Positions 18,450 to 27,857 of a DNA stretch of 64,000 nucleotides are shown in pieces; the stretch's first letter is position 1; the number at the start of each line of letters is the position of its first letter. Below the pieces are notes generated by a model. It had not been told where the DNA came from and ran no database searches. It saw only the letters and a list, made by a program, of their open reading frames with translations. A program made the translations under genes and the position numbers. The stretch is from Candidatus Woesearchaeota archaeon (GTDB lineage: Archaea > Nanobdellota > Nanobdellia > Woesearchaeales > JAZDKJ01): the NCBI GenBank assembly GCA_043803105.1, contig JAZDKJ010000010.1:1-64000 (forward strand), given 5' to 3'.

Positions 18450-19270
18450 TGCTGATAGGCAATATTATTTTTCGCAAGATTGCTAACAGCCTTCCTGGCC
18501 TTGAGTCTAAGCTTAGGCAGGCAGGCATGCAAGACAAGCCTGAGGAGTTTGTCAAGCGCACCTTCATCTCAGCATTTTACATGACTACAGGTCTCATCTT
18601 TTTTCTTGGTGCAATCCTCGCAAAGCTCAAGGTCATGTTCGGTGTGGTCTACTTTATCTTCCCAGTCCTTTTTATTATACTGTTTTTCTACTTTCTCAAG
18701 CTTCCTGACGTTAAAATCGGCAGGAAAGAGAAAGAGATTTCCCGTGAGATCCTATTTGTCACAAGGCATCTGATTATCGAGCTCGAGTCAGGAGTCACAT
18801 TATATGATGCCATGGTCAATATCAACAAGAATTATCCTACCATAGGCAAATACTTCAGGGAGATTACAAATAAGGTTGATATGGGCACTCCGCTTGAGGA
18901 TGCCATAAACGAGGCTATTGAGCTCACCCCATCTGCTAATTTCAGGAAGATTCTCTGGCAGATAATCAATTCGTTAACGACTGGAGCTGATGTCAACAAG
19001 TCCCTTGGCGCTGTTGTTGACCAGATTGCCCGTGAGCAGATTATTGAGATGCAGACCTATGCTAAGAAGCTCAATCCCCTGGCAATGTTTTACATGATCC
19101 TTGCAGTTATAGTCCCAACCCTAGGAACAACCATGCTCATTGTTTTTGCCTCTTTCCTTTCTATCGAGCTCAATCTCACGACTCTCATCATAGGCGCAAT
19201 ACTTTTGGGCTTTTTCCAGCTTATTTTCCTCGGTTTTGTCCGCGGCTCAAGGCCTGCTGTGGAGCTCTAA
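18446..19270 (+). CDS. Type II secretion F (TadC-like) membrane platform protein
   Basis: Multiple TM helices, ESGVTLYDAM, GTPLEDAI. Confidence 0.85.
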   Translation: MMLIGNIIFRKIANSLPGLESKLRQAGMQDKPEEFVKRTFISAFYMTTGLIFFLGAILAKLKVMFGVVYFIFPVLFIILFFYFLKLPDVKIGRKEKEISREILFVTRHLIIELESGVTLYDAMVNINKNYPTIGKYFREITNKVDMGTPLEDAINEAIELTPSANFRKILWQIINSLTTGADVNKSLGAVVDQIAREQIIEMQTYAKKLNPLAMFYMILAVIVPTLGTTMLIVFASFLSIELNLTTLIIGAILLGFFQLIFLGFVRGSRPAVEL

Positions 19271-20355
19271 TGAAGCAATTGGATGTTTTGAAGAATTGGT
19301 GGAAGCAGAAAAAGGAAGAGCTTGCACGCCACCAGCAGGCAAGGAAGAACATCAAGCAGCGCCTTGCCCAGAAAAAGCAGTCCCGCTACAAGCTAAAGCC
19401 ATATCTTGAGCGTGCAGGCCTCAATTTTGAGGTGCACAAGCTTTCTGCTTATTTTTTTAATTTCTGTATTGCCCTAAACCTTGCGCTTTCAGCTTATCTT
19501 ATCTACTATTTTGCCTCCAATTTTGGCTTCAGCGTTTACTTTGTGCTGTTTGTAATGGCTGTTGTCTGGACTGTCATTTTTGTCTTGCTCCTCTTTGTGA
19601 TTTGGTTGTTGTTCCACTTTATCCTTGACTTGCGCATCTTTCAAAGAAAGGTTGCTATCGAAGAGGTCTTGCCTGATTTTCTTGAGTTGACCTCTGCAAA
19701 CATTCGTGCAGGAATGCCGATTGACAGGGCTTTATGGTACGCTGTCAGGCCTCGTTTTGGTGTTCTCGCTAAGGAGATTGAGATTGTGGCAAAAGAGACC
19801 ATGTCTGGCGAGGACCTTGAGAATGCCCTGCAAAAGTTTGCTGCTAAGTATGATTCCCTGACCTTAAAGCGCTCTGTTAACCTTCTTGTTGAGGGCATTC
19901 ATGCTGGTGGTGAGATCGGTGAATTGCTGAATAAGATCTCGATTAACATCAAGGAATCGCAGTTGTTAAAGAAGGAGATGTCTGCTAACGTGACCAGTTA
20001 TGCGATTTTTATCAGTTTTGCCACTATACTTGCAGCCCCTTTCCTTTTTGGTCTCTCTTACCAGCTGCTTTCAAATATTACCTCAATTACTGCAACCCTT
20101 GGCTCTGCCAATGCCCCTTCTGTCATGGGCCTGAATTTCGGCGGCGGTGTTGGCATTACTATGGCTGACTTTCGTACCTTTGCCTACCTTTCCCTTTCAA
20201 TCACCTCATTTTTTTCAGCTGTCCTGGTTGCCTCAATAAAGAAAGGTGACATCAAGGCTGGCTTACGGTACATTCCCATCTTTATGATTACCTCAATCAT
20301 CGTGTTCAAGATTGCTTCGTGGATGATGGCTGGCCTGTTTTCCGGATTGTTTTAG
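19270..20355 (+). CDS. Type II secretion F (TadC-like) membrane platform protein
   Basis: LPDFLELTSANIRAGMPIDRAL, multiple TM helices. Confidence 0.87.
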   Translation: MKQLDVLKNWWKQKKEELARHQQARKNIKQRLAQKKQSRYKLKPYLERAGLNFEVHKLSAYFFNFCIALNLALSAYLIYYFASNFGFSVYFVLFVMAVVWTVIFVLLLFVIWLLFHFILDLRIFQRKVAIEEVLPDFLELTSANIRAGMPIDRALWYAVRPRFGVLAKEIEIVAKETMSGEDLENALQKFAAKYDSLTLKRSVNLLVEGIHAGGEIGELLNKISINIKESQLLKKEMSANVTSYAIFISFATILAAPFLFGLSYQLLSNITSITATLGSANAPSVMGLNFGGGVGITMADFRTFAYLSLSITSFFSAVLVASIKKGDIKAGLRYIPIFMITSIIVFKIASWMMAGLFSGLF

Positions 20356-20410
20356 CTCGAAAAGTTTATATATAAGCTGAAAAGCATAATGACCATTAAG
20401 AGGTGAATAA

Positions 20411-20869
20411 ATGCGTGCACAAGCGTCTATGGAATTCTTGATGACCTATGGTTGGGCTATTCTTGTTGTCCTTGCTGCAATTGGTGCATTGGCTTATTTT
20501 GGAGTTCTCTCTCCAGACAAGTTCCTTCCATCAAAGTGCAGTATCGCTCCAGGTATCGATTGTGCAGAGTTCAAGGTCAGTCCAAATTCGGTCACTCTTG
20601 CTTTAAGAAATGGCATGGGCCAATCTTTGGTTGTTACTCAGATTGATGTTATTCCTCAAGGCACTGGTCTATCAACTTGCACTTGGCAGGTTGCTAACGG
20701 AACCTTTGCCAATGGTGACTTGAAGACTTATAGCTCTGGCACCACTTGCTCTAACGGTGCTGCTGGTGATAGGTATAAAGGAGATATTGTATTGCACTAT
20801 TATCAGAAAGGCTTTGCTGATATACCAAAAACAACCGATGGTTCTATTACAGGCAAGGTGCAAGTCTAG
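20411..20869 (+). CDS. Type IV pilin (major-type), copy 1
   Basis: RAQASMEFLMTYGWAILVVLAAIGALAYFGV; RBS GAGGTGA; TATA-like TTTATATA upstream. Confidence 0.88.
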   Translation: MRAQASMEFLMTYGWAILVVLAAIGALAYFGVLSPDKFLPSKCSIAPGIDCAEFKVSPNSVTLALRNGMGQSLVVTQIDVIPQGTGLSTCTWQVANGTFANGDLKTYSSGTTCSNGAAGDRYKGDIVLHYYQKGFADIPKTTDGSITGKVQV

Positions 20870-20961
20870 GCTGAGGTTTGACCGAGGCTACGTTCGAAAA
20901 ATAGCTTGATTTAATCCCGCTCGGACGCCTTTTTACGAAGGAAATCACCCGGCTTGATTTG

Positions 20962-21213
20962 TCATGCTTTTCGCAATTTATGCGCGACTTCAGTTACCTC
21001 CTCTTCTTTAATCTTCTTCCGAGCTTCTCGCAGAGGTTTTGTAATTTGTGCAAATGTTTCAGAAGTCACTTTCTTCATTATTACCATGTCATCTTCAACA
21101 AAGAAAATGACTTTTGAGCCTTCTTTTAGGTCAAGCTCTTTTCTTATCTCTGTTGGTATTGCAATCTGTCCTCTCGAGCTTATGCTTCCGATTTCAATTA
21201 TCTCAGTCCCCAT
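20962..21213 (-). CDS. AbrB/MazE/SpoVT-family DNA-binding protein
   Basis: SSRGQIAIPTEIRKELDLKEG. Confidence 0.88.
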   Translation of the reverse strand: MGTEIIEIGSISSRGQIAIPTEIRKELDLKEGSKVIFFVEDDMVIMKKVTSETFAQITKPLREARKKIKEEEVTEVAHKLRKA

Positions 21214-21328
21214 GTCCGTGTACACCTTTTATCTTGATAATAAGATAATAAAGACATATCTTGTATTTAAATATGATGTTTAATTTTCCAAAACTCTTGC
21301 GGTTTACATATATCTTGTGTTATTTGAC

Positions 21329-21957
21329 AGCTTTGTGTAGAAAGTGTGGAAAAGCCCTTACTTTTTACCCAGATTCCTGACTTTCTACAAAGAAGTGGGG
21401 GCAGCCCGCCTCAAAAACGAAACCCATTTATACTTAATAATATGAAAATAAAATTATGAAAAATAATTATGGAATTGTTGCATTAATTTTTATAATTATG
21501 ATTTTTATTGCAGGATGTGCCAGTAATCAAAAAGCAAGCGTTGATTGTGGTACGGATACAGCATGCTTTAGCAATAATTTCAAAACTTGTACTCCCTCTA
21601 AGTTCATGGGAGGATTAACAGAAATTAAAGGTGGAACTCCAGCATCATGTCAAGTATTTATGCAATCTCAAGATAACCCTTCTCTTACTGGCGGCGAAAG
21701 ACTAACAATGTTGTGTGATGTTAAAAATACTGATGCATTCAAGGAATCTGAAATGAACGGGTATGGTATATACCAAAAAGGAGCATCTTGCACCGGTAAA
21801 CTGTACGATTTCTATAAAAATCTAGTTAAACCGTAAAAAAAACAATTATTGTTTCGGTTGGGTTCCAATTTTCGCAAATTTTTGCTCCACAAAAACCGTT
21901 GCCATTTTTACACACTTTTCGGACTTATTACACAAAAGACACTTAATAAACAAAGCC
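21329..21957. mobile_element. Non-autonomous insertion cassette (MITE/MIC) carrying a lipoprotein gene
   Basis: 9-bp flanking direct repeat TTATTTGAC (21320-21328 and 21958-21966); imperfect 19-bp TIR AGCTTTGTGTAGAAAGTGT vs GGCTTTGTTTATTAAGTGT (15/19); no transposase. Confidence 0.75.
21456..21836 (+). CDS. Small Cys-rich secreted lipoprotein-like protein
   Basis: Signal peptide with lipobox-like IAGC; DCGTDTACF...C motif; AT-rich. Confidence 0.75.
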   Translation: MKNNYGIVALIFIIMIFIAGCASNQKASVDCGTDTACFSNNFKTCTPSKFMGGLTEIKGGTPASCQVFMQSQDNPSLTGGERLTMLCDVKNTDAFKESEMNGYGIYQKGASCTGKLYDFYKNLVKP

Positions 21958-22006
21958 TTATTTGACGATACATTAATATATTTATCAACTCAACATATCC
22001 ATTAAA

Positions 22007-22678
22007 ATGGATAAAACTATCCAAATAAGTGGATTTGTCAAAAAAGACCTTTTATTATTGTCTCATTTCCTGAAAGATCCTTCAAGAGCGTTTACAATCT
22101 CGCAGATTAAGGCTTTGTCCAGGAATAACTCTCATCATTATGTGTTTTCTGCTCTTAAGAGGTTTTGCTCGTTAGGCTTGCTCTTTGAGAGTAAGTTTGG
22201 ACAGACCAACACTTACACTCTGGATTTTCGTAATTTGAACCATTTACCAGTTTTCGCCTTTGTCGAAAGTTTGGTTGCCGAAAGCAAGAATAATATTCCT
22301 TTCAGGAACATTGAAAAAATTTCGGAAAAAATGGGCAAGTCTTTTTATTGCCTTCTTGTGTACGGATCCTATGCCGAGCAAAAGGAGAGTAAAACTTCAG
22401 ACTTGGATATCGCCTTCATAGTTCCGGACTCTGACGTTAAGAAACAGTACGAGATTGCGCTCAGAGCTGGAACCCTTATGCAGCCTGAAGTTCATGGTTT
22501 TGTGTTTAGTGAAGATGAATTTTATCAGATGCTTGTAAACGATGAGTTTAATGTGGGCAAGGAAATCATCAGGAATCATGTCATCCTTTATGGTGGCGAG
22601 CAATACTACAGATTGCTTTTCAAGGCCTTAAAACATGGATTCAAGAGTGAAAATTTATCTGACAAGGGCAAAAAGTGA
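22007..22678 (+). CDS. wHTH-minimal nucleotidyltransferase (MNT antitoxin)
   Basis: YGSYAEQKESKTSDLDI; palindrome TATCCATT-aa-AATGGATA (21996-22013) over the start codon. Confidence 0.85.
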   Translation: MDKTIQISGFVKKDLLLLSHFLKDPSRAFTISQIKALSRNNSHHYVFSALKRFCSLGLLFESKFGQTNTYTLDFRNLNHLPVFAFVESLVAESKNNIPFRNIEKISEKMGKSFYCLLVYGSYAEQKESKTSDLDIAFIVPDSDVKKQYEIALRAGTLMQPEVHGFVFSEDEFYQMLVNDEFNVGKEIIRNHVILYGGEQYYRLLFKALKHGFKSENLSDKGKK

Positions 22679-23117
22679 GATTGATTCTGCAGAACTATTG
22701 TTTACCATTTCCACAGATGACAAGCTTAAGGACCAGTTTAATCTTGAGAATAATGCAACTTTCTTCAGTAATGTTATCTCTCAAAGTTATTACTCCATCT
22801 TTTATTGTGCCAAGGCAATGCTCTTATATGCCGAAAAAGAGACAAGTCCTCCAGCAGTCCATAGAAAGACCTTAAGAGAATTCAGGAAAGCCTTTATTGA
22901 CAATGGTCTCTTGGATACCAAGCTGTTTCTTTTGTACAAGGTTATGATTGTGCGGGCAGAGGCTTTGCTGGAGATCTACAGGCAGGAAAGAACAAAGCGG
23001 AACACCTTTACTTACAACACGATTCCTCAGGCAAACTTGGATCCAGCCAAAGGGTCGATTGCAAATGCAAGAATGTTCTATAAGCACTGCAACACATTTC
23101 TTCTGAACCAAGAATAG
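22635..23117 (+). CDS. HEPN-domain protein (toxin of MNT-HEPN pair)
   Basis: YYSIFYCAKAML...H...R..F.Y; overlaps the MNT gene. Confidence 0.82.
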   Translation: MDSRVKIYLTRAKSEIDSAELLFTISTDDKLKDQFNLENNATFFSNVISQSYYSIFYCAKAMLLYAEKETSPPAVHRKTLREFRKAFIDNGLLDTKLFLLYKVMIVRAEALLEIYRQERTKRNTFTYNTIPQANLDPAKGSIANARMFYKHCNTFLLNQE

Positions 23118-23241
23118 CCAAGATTAACCAGTCATATTATGGCTATATTAGTATACTAAATCGTAAACTTTATATATAGGTTATACGGTAAGTAGTTACA
23201 AGTTCATAATTTAAAGAGAGTAAAAAAAGAGGTGAGAGTAA

Positions 23242-23679
23242 ATGCAAAAGAGAGCTCAAGCAGCAATGGAATTTTTGATGACTTATGGCTGGGCTATTCT
23301 TGTCGTTTTGGCAGCAATAGGAGCATTAGCTTATTTTGGTGTTTTAAGCCCAGACAGGTTTTTGCCAGAGAAATGCACTTTACCAAGCGGTGTTGCATGT
23401 TTGGACTTTACCGCGTCCTCAACGCAGGTAGTGATGCGAATACAGAATAGTGGTGGTTTTGATATGACTGGTGTAAATGTTAGGCTCTCAAATGCAACTG
23501 ATACAGTATTATGTACCCCCAGCGCAACCACCCTTTCAGATGGTCAGCAGCAAACCTTTACATGCACGTCAAACTTCGCGGCTGGAAAGTTGAAGAGCGT
23601 TATTAACATGACCTATACTAACCAGCAAACAAGCATGAGCCATGTAAAGTCCGGTGAACTCATCGCAAAGATAGGTTAA
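23242..23679 (+). CDS. Type IV pilin (major-type), copy 2
   Basis: KRAQAAMEFLMTYGWAILVVLAAIGALAYFGV; RBS GAGGTGA. Confidence 0.88.
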   Translation: MQKRAQAAMEFLMTYGWAILVVLAAIGALAYFGVLSPDRFLPEKCTLPSGVACLDFTASSTQVVMRIQNSGGFDMTGVNVRLSNATDTVLCTPSATTLSDGQQQTFTCTSNFAAGKLKSVINMTYTNQQTSMSHVKSGELIAKIG

Positions 23680-23695
23680 TTTTTTTCTTTTTTTT

Positions 23696-25510
23696 ATGTT
23701 ATCCAAGTTTCTGCTAATTTTGCCAATCCTTCTAATCCCTTCTGTCTTTGCAGCTTTTACTGAGGTCTCTCATGATGCCTGGCATTATGCGAATGAGTCT
23801 TTTAAGGTTGGCACTATGGAAGTCAAGCTCGGTGCCAGTTCATCCCAGGAGACTATCTCTTTGAGCGCACAGGACAAGACCTACCTGATAGCAAACAAGA
23901 CTTGTGAAGAGACTTCACAATACTTTTTTTGCGTTGACAACACTCAGCAAGGCGGTTTTGATTATTATTGGCGCGTATACAAGCTCAAGTACAAGGTCAG
24001 GATCCTCCAGAAGCTTGCGAAGCTTGAGCTCTCCAGGACTGTTTCAAGGGCTGAGTTCTTTTCTGGCCAAGACGCAGAGGTTTCATTATCTTTCAAGAAT
24101 TCAGGCAGCTTTGCTGCAACAAGCCTCCATGTTGAGGACAACATGCCAGGTTTCAATGTTATCCAGGCAACAACTTGCAAGTCTGCTGGCCAGTCTGTTG
24201 TCTGGGACGGCTCACTTCTTCCAGAGCAGGAAATAGATTGTTCTTATAAGATTCGTGCTGTAGAGAGCAGCTCTCTTAAGTCAAAGGCTGTTGCCACTTA
24301 TTTTAATGGCAAAGCCTCAGTCACCTCTTCTTCAGCAGAGCTTATCTTAAAATCCTATGCGAACGAGCTTTCCTTAACCGCTCCTTCAAGCCTCGACCTT
24401 CAGGTTGGCTCCTCAAAGATTGTGCAGATAATGCTTAACAACACTGTCCCCAAGGACATCACTGTTAAGTCTTTGACTGCCACAATTCCTTACGGTATTT
24501 CAGTCACAAAGTTCCTTTCCTGGGACAGGGTCCATGATTACAAGTTCGTTTTTTCCGGCACTATTCCTGCCAGGTCAGTAAAGTACCTGAATCTTACTTT
24601 TGTTGCTGAACAGCAAAGGCCTATGACTCTAGGCCTAAACCTTCAGTTCGTGGTTGACACCATATCTAGGTCTGCCTCAAGGAATGTTTCCATTATTTCC
24701 TCTATTCCCAATCTCACAATCCTGTATCAGTTTCCTCTGTTGTTCCAGGTCAACAAGTCAGCGCATCTGTTGATTAGGTTGACTAACCCAAGCAATTTGC
24801 AGGATTTTAAGGCTGTTGATGCTAAAGTGCTTATTCCCTGCCTGAACATTTCAATTTCTAAGAAATACAATGAGATTCAGAAAGAACTGACTGTAGACAT
24901 TCTTGATACAAGCATTATGATTCCTTCTGCCAACGCATGTTCTGTTCAGACTACTGTTTCCTATGAGACCTCTTTCGGTCAGTTGATGAAGATTGTAAAG
25001 CAGTCAAATTTCTCTGTTGCTGCAGCGCCACAAGCTCCTAATCTGTCAGCTACTCCAATAAATTCCAGCCAAATTATTGCTCCTTCAACTGCACAGACTT
25101 CCAATGCCAAGAAAGGCTTTAATTTCAACTATGTCTTCGCTGGCTTTGGTTTCTTGGCTTTTGTCCTGGTTATTGTGTGGCTGCGCAAGAGGTCTCACAA
25201 AGTCATCTCCAAGGAAGAAGCTGCCTTAGTGACAAAGGAATTGAAACCTGAGGCTCAGACTCGTCCTCAAACGATTGCTTCCGAACAGCCTAAAAAGAAA
25301 GGCAAAAAACAGCCAAAGGTCGAACATAAGCGTGCTAAGCCAAAGGTTGTTGAGTCACCGAACCCAACGGTTATTGAACCAAAGACTGCTGATATTACTG
25401 AAACTTCTGAGCCAGCTGAACCAAAAATAGAACTTGAAAAGCCAAAAAAACCTACTGAAGTCACAAAACCGCAAAAGAATCCAAAAAAGCAGCCAAGCTT
25501 TAGGTTCTAG
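23696..25510 (+). CDS. Secreted Ig-like/DUF11-type surface protein with C-terminal TM anchor and Pro/Lys-rich tail
   Basis: Signal peptide, beta-rich repeats (VSLSFKNSG...VEDNMP), TM segment YVFAGFGFLAFVLVIVWL. Confidence 0.65.
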   Translation: MLSKFLLILPILLIPSVFAAFTEVSHDAWHYANESFKVGTMEVKLGASSSQETISLSAQDKTYLIANKTCEETSQYFFCVDNTQQGGFDYYWRVYKLKYKVRILQKLAKLELSRTVSRAEFFSGQDAEVSLSFKNSGSFAATSLHVEDNMPGFNVIQATTCKSAGQSVVWDGSLLPEQEIDCSYKIRAVESSSLKSKAVATYFNGKASVTSSSAELILKSYANELSLTAPSSLDLQVGSSKIVQIMLNNTVPKDITVKSLTATIPYGISVTKFLSWDRVHDYKFVFSGTIPARSVKYLNLTFVAEQQRPMTLGLNLQFVVDTISRSASRNVSIISSIPNLTILYQFPLLFQVNKSAHLLIRLTNPSNLQDFKAVDAKVLIPCLNISISKKYNEIQKELTVDILDTSIMIPSANACSVQTTVSYETSFGQLMKIVKQSNFSVAAAPQAPNLSATPINSSQIIAPSTAQTSNAKKGFNFNYVFAGFGFLAFVLVIVWLRKRSHKVISKEEAALVTKELKPEAQTRPQTIASEQPKKKGKKQPKVEHKRAKPKVVESPNPTVIEPKTADITETSEPAEPKIELEKPKKPTEVTKPQKNPKKQPSFRF

Positions 25511-25524
25511 CATAACAAAAATGT

Positions 25525-25580
25525 AAAATTTCGACCTAAAGGTCAGGGTCTTCAACCCTGCTAAATTCTGTCGAAATTTT
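25525..25580. repeat. Palindromic element resembling an IS200/IS605-type end remnant
   Basis: AAAATTTCGAC/GTCGAAATTTT inverted repeat with internal GACC-taaa-GGTC and CAGGGT-cttca-ACCCTG hairpins. Confidence 0.45.
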
Positions 25581-25617
25581 CCATAAATTTTTATATCTAG
25601 TATCTGTACTCACAAGC

Positions 25618-26454
25618 ATGAGGCTTCCTGTTGTTGCAGGTCAGTTCTATGCTGAAGATAATCTTGACGAGCAGGTCAAAGAGTGTTTTTTGCACCAGCT
25701 CGGTCCTGGCTCTCTTCCTGTAGCCAGAGTTTCTGGTTTTGTTAAAGGCATAATTTCCCCGCATGCAGGCTTTATGTTCTCTGGTCCTTGCGCTGCCTTT
25801 GGTTTTAAGGAGATTGCTGAATCAGTTAAGCCTGATGTCTTCCTTGTGCTTGGCCTTAGCCATTCAGGCCTCCCCACATGCTTTTCTGCGGATGATTGGC
25901 GCACTCCTCTAGGTGTTGTGAAGAACGACAAGGATTTTGTCAACTTTCTTTCTGAAAAGACTGGTGTGCCGATTAACGAGCGAGCTCACGCCACTGAGCA
26001 CTCTATTGAGGTTCAGCTTCCCTTCCTGCAGTTTTGTGTGAAAAAGCCTATTTTCGCACCATTGATGGTCTCGCACGATCTGAACCCTCATGAATTGGCT
26101 TCATCCTTGAAAAAAGCCATAGCAGATAGCAAAGAGAGAGTCTGCATCATTGCCTCCAGTGACTTTACACATTATGGCATCAACTATGGTTTCATACCGT
26201 TTGCTTCTAACAAGAAGGAGAATCTCTACAAGCTCGATAAGGGTGCGATTGAATGCATCCTTCAGTTGAAGTCAGGCAAGTTCCTTGATTATGTCGATAA
26301 TACCAGGGCCACAATTTGCGGCTCTTTGCCTATTGCTGTCTTGCTTGATCTTGTCCAGGCAGAAAAAGCAGAGCTCTTGCAGTATTATACCTCAGGCGAC
26401 ATCAATAATGATTACAGCAGTGCTGTCGGTTACGCTTCTATTTCTTTCAGATAA
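25618..26454 (+). CDS. MEMO1-family protein (AmmeMemoRadiSam system protein B)
   Basis: RLPVVAGQFY, PHAG, EHSIEVQLPFLQ, SSDFTHYG, TICG, VGYAS. Confidence 0.92.
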   Translation: MRLPVVAGQFYAEDNLDEQVKECFLHQLGPGSLPVARVSGFVKGIISPHAGFMFSGPCAAFGFKEIAESVKPDVFLVLGLSHSGLPTCFSADDWRTPLGVVKNDKDFVNFLSEKTGVPINERAHATEHSIEVQLPFLQFCVKKPIFAPLMVSHDLNPHELASSLKKAIADSKERVCIIASSDFTHYGINYGFIPFASNKKENLYKLDKGAIECILQLKSGKFLDYVDNTRATICGSLPIAVLLDLVQAEKAELLQYYTSGDINNDYSSAVGYASISFR

Positions 26455-27310
26455 AGTAAAGTATGGAAAGTAGTGTTGCAATCCACACAATTATTCCGAT
26501 TGTGAGTCTCTTGTCTTTGTAGAAGTTTTCTGGAGACCTTGCTATTACGTTTCCTGTCTCTATCAGGTAAAGATATCTGAATATTACGTATAATGCTATT
26601 GGCAGTGTATATGCGAGCCTTTCGTTTTGTGTTAGGAAGCTGTAGAAAGAATACGAGGTGACAAGGAGCGTTGTGCTGATTAGTGTCAATGCCCCTGTTA
26701 CTTTCTTGCTGTATGCCTCCATAACCTGTTTGTGCAGGCTTGCCTTGTTGCCAAGTAGCATAATGTCTGCTTCTCTTTTTCCTGCTGAAAGGAATAGGGA
26801 GAGGAAGAAGGGGCATAGTATCAACCATGGACTGACCCATATGTAGGGTTTGCCATTGCTGCTGATAATGTACGAGCCTGACACAGCCCTAAGCACAAAA
26901 AGGCTTCCAAGAGTCATTATGTCAAGGAATGCTTCTTTTCTTAGCAGGAATGTGTACAGCTGCCCTAAGGCAAACAATCCTGCAAGGAAGTATAGGAAGC
27001 TTCGCGATAAAGCGATTGATAAGATTGACGCTACGATTAATAACAGGATCACCGCAACTATTCCTTGCCATCCTTTTACCTTCCCGCTGGCTATCGGCCT
27101 CATCCTTTTCTCAGGATGGTGCATGTCTGCCTTCCTGTCAGCTATATCATTTATTATATAGTTCGCAGAAGATACAAAGCATAGTGCAAAGAATCCTATC
27201 AAAGTGAGCCAAAGTGCATGAGTATTGCCGAGTTGCTGCCCGAATATTATCGGCAAAAAGATTACTAGGTTCTTGTACCACTGCTTGACGCGAAGTAGCT
27301 TTGCTATCAT
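26447..27310 (-). CDS. UbiA-family prenyl/phosphoribosyltransferase (decaprenyl-phosphate PRTase-like)
   Basis: RVKQWYKN, YIINDIADRKADMHHPEKRMRPIASG, multiple TM helices. Confidence 0.9.
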   Translation of the reverse strand: MIAKLLRVKQWYKNLVIFLPIIFGQQLGNTHALWLTLIGFFALCFVSSANYIINDIADRKADMHHPEKRMRPIASGKVKGWQGIVAVILLLIVASILSIALSRSFLYFLAGLFALGQLYTFLLRKEAFLDIMTLGSLFVLRAVSGSYIISSNGKPYIWVSPWLILCPFFLSLFLSAGKREADIMLLGNKASLHKQVMEAYSKKVTGALTLISTTLLVTSYSFYSFLTQNERLAYTLPIALYVIFRYLYLIETGNVIARSPENFYKDKRLTIGIIVWIATLLSILYFI

Positions 27311-27371
27311 GCTCTTGAGCACTCTCACAGTTTATATAAATTTTTGGGAAAGTTTTTGGTGCTGAAGAAGT

Positions 27372-27857
27372 TTATCCTTTTGCAGGCTTGATCTGGTTTT
27401 CTGCCTCTTTTTTTAGCGTTGACAAGTACAAAGTTGCCTGGACCTCTATCTCTTTCCAGTCTTCGTAACTGACCATTTCACCATAATAGTTTGCCCCATG
27501 TCTCTTTGTCCTGATTTTCTCAAAAAACCCCCAGTCAAGATCCAATTCAGGATACTTCGCAAGCAGGGCAGAAAAGAGACACTGATGGTTTTCAGAATAG
27601 ACACCTTTTATTCGCAGTAACACTTCGGCTACCATTCTTAATGCTTCGTAATGCAGAGTGTACACATTCATCCATTCTTTTGCTTTTATGCTGATTGACT
27701 TTTTGATTATGTTGGCAGAGCTTACGTTTGTGTTCGCATTTTCTAGGAGTGTCTTGATTTTGTCAATGTTTGTTTCAGTTAGGTCTTTTATCAAACCCTT
27801 TGTTAAGCAGCTATCGTAGACCTCCTCAAATCCCCTGAACTTAGGCACAAATCTCAA
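27372..27857 (-). CDS. HEPN-like protein
   Basis: YEALR...NHQCLF...RTKRHGANYYG; downstream of an MNT gene. Confidence 0.72.
   Translation of the reverse strand: MRFVPKFRGFEEVYDSCLTKGLIKDLTETNIDKIKTLLENANTNVSSANIIKKSISIKAKEWMNVYTLHYEALRMVAEVLLRIKGVYSENHQCLFSALLAKYPELDLDWGFFEKIRTKRHGANYYGEMVSYEDWKEIEVQATLYLSTLKKEAENQIKPAKG

Noticed and set aside
25250-25510. Repeat-like Pro/Lys/Glu-rich stretch
   Set aside because: Low-complexity protein tail with no exact DNA tandem repeat.
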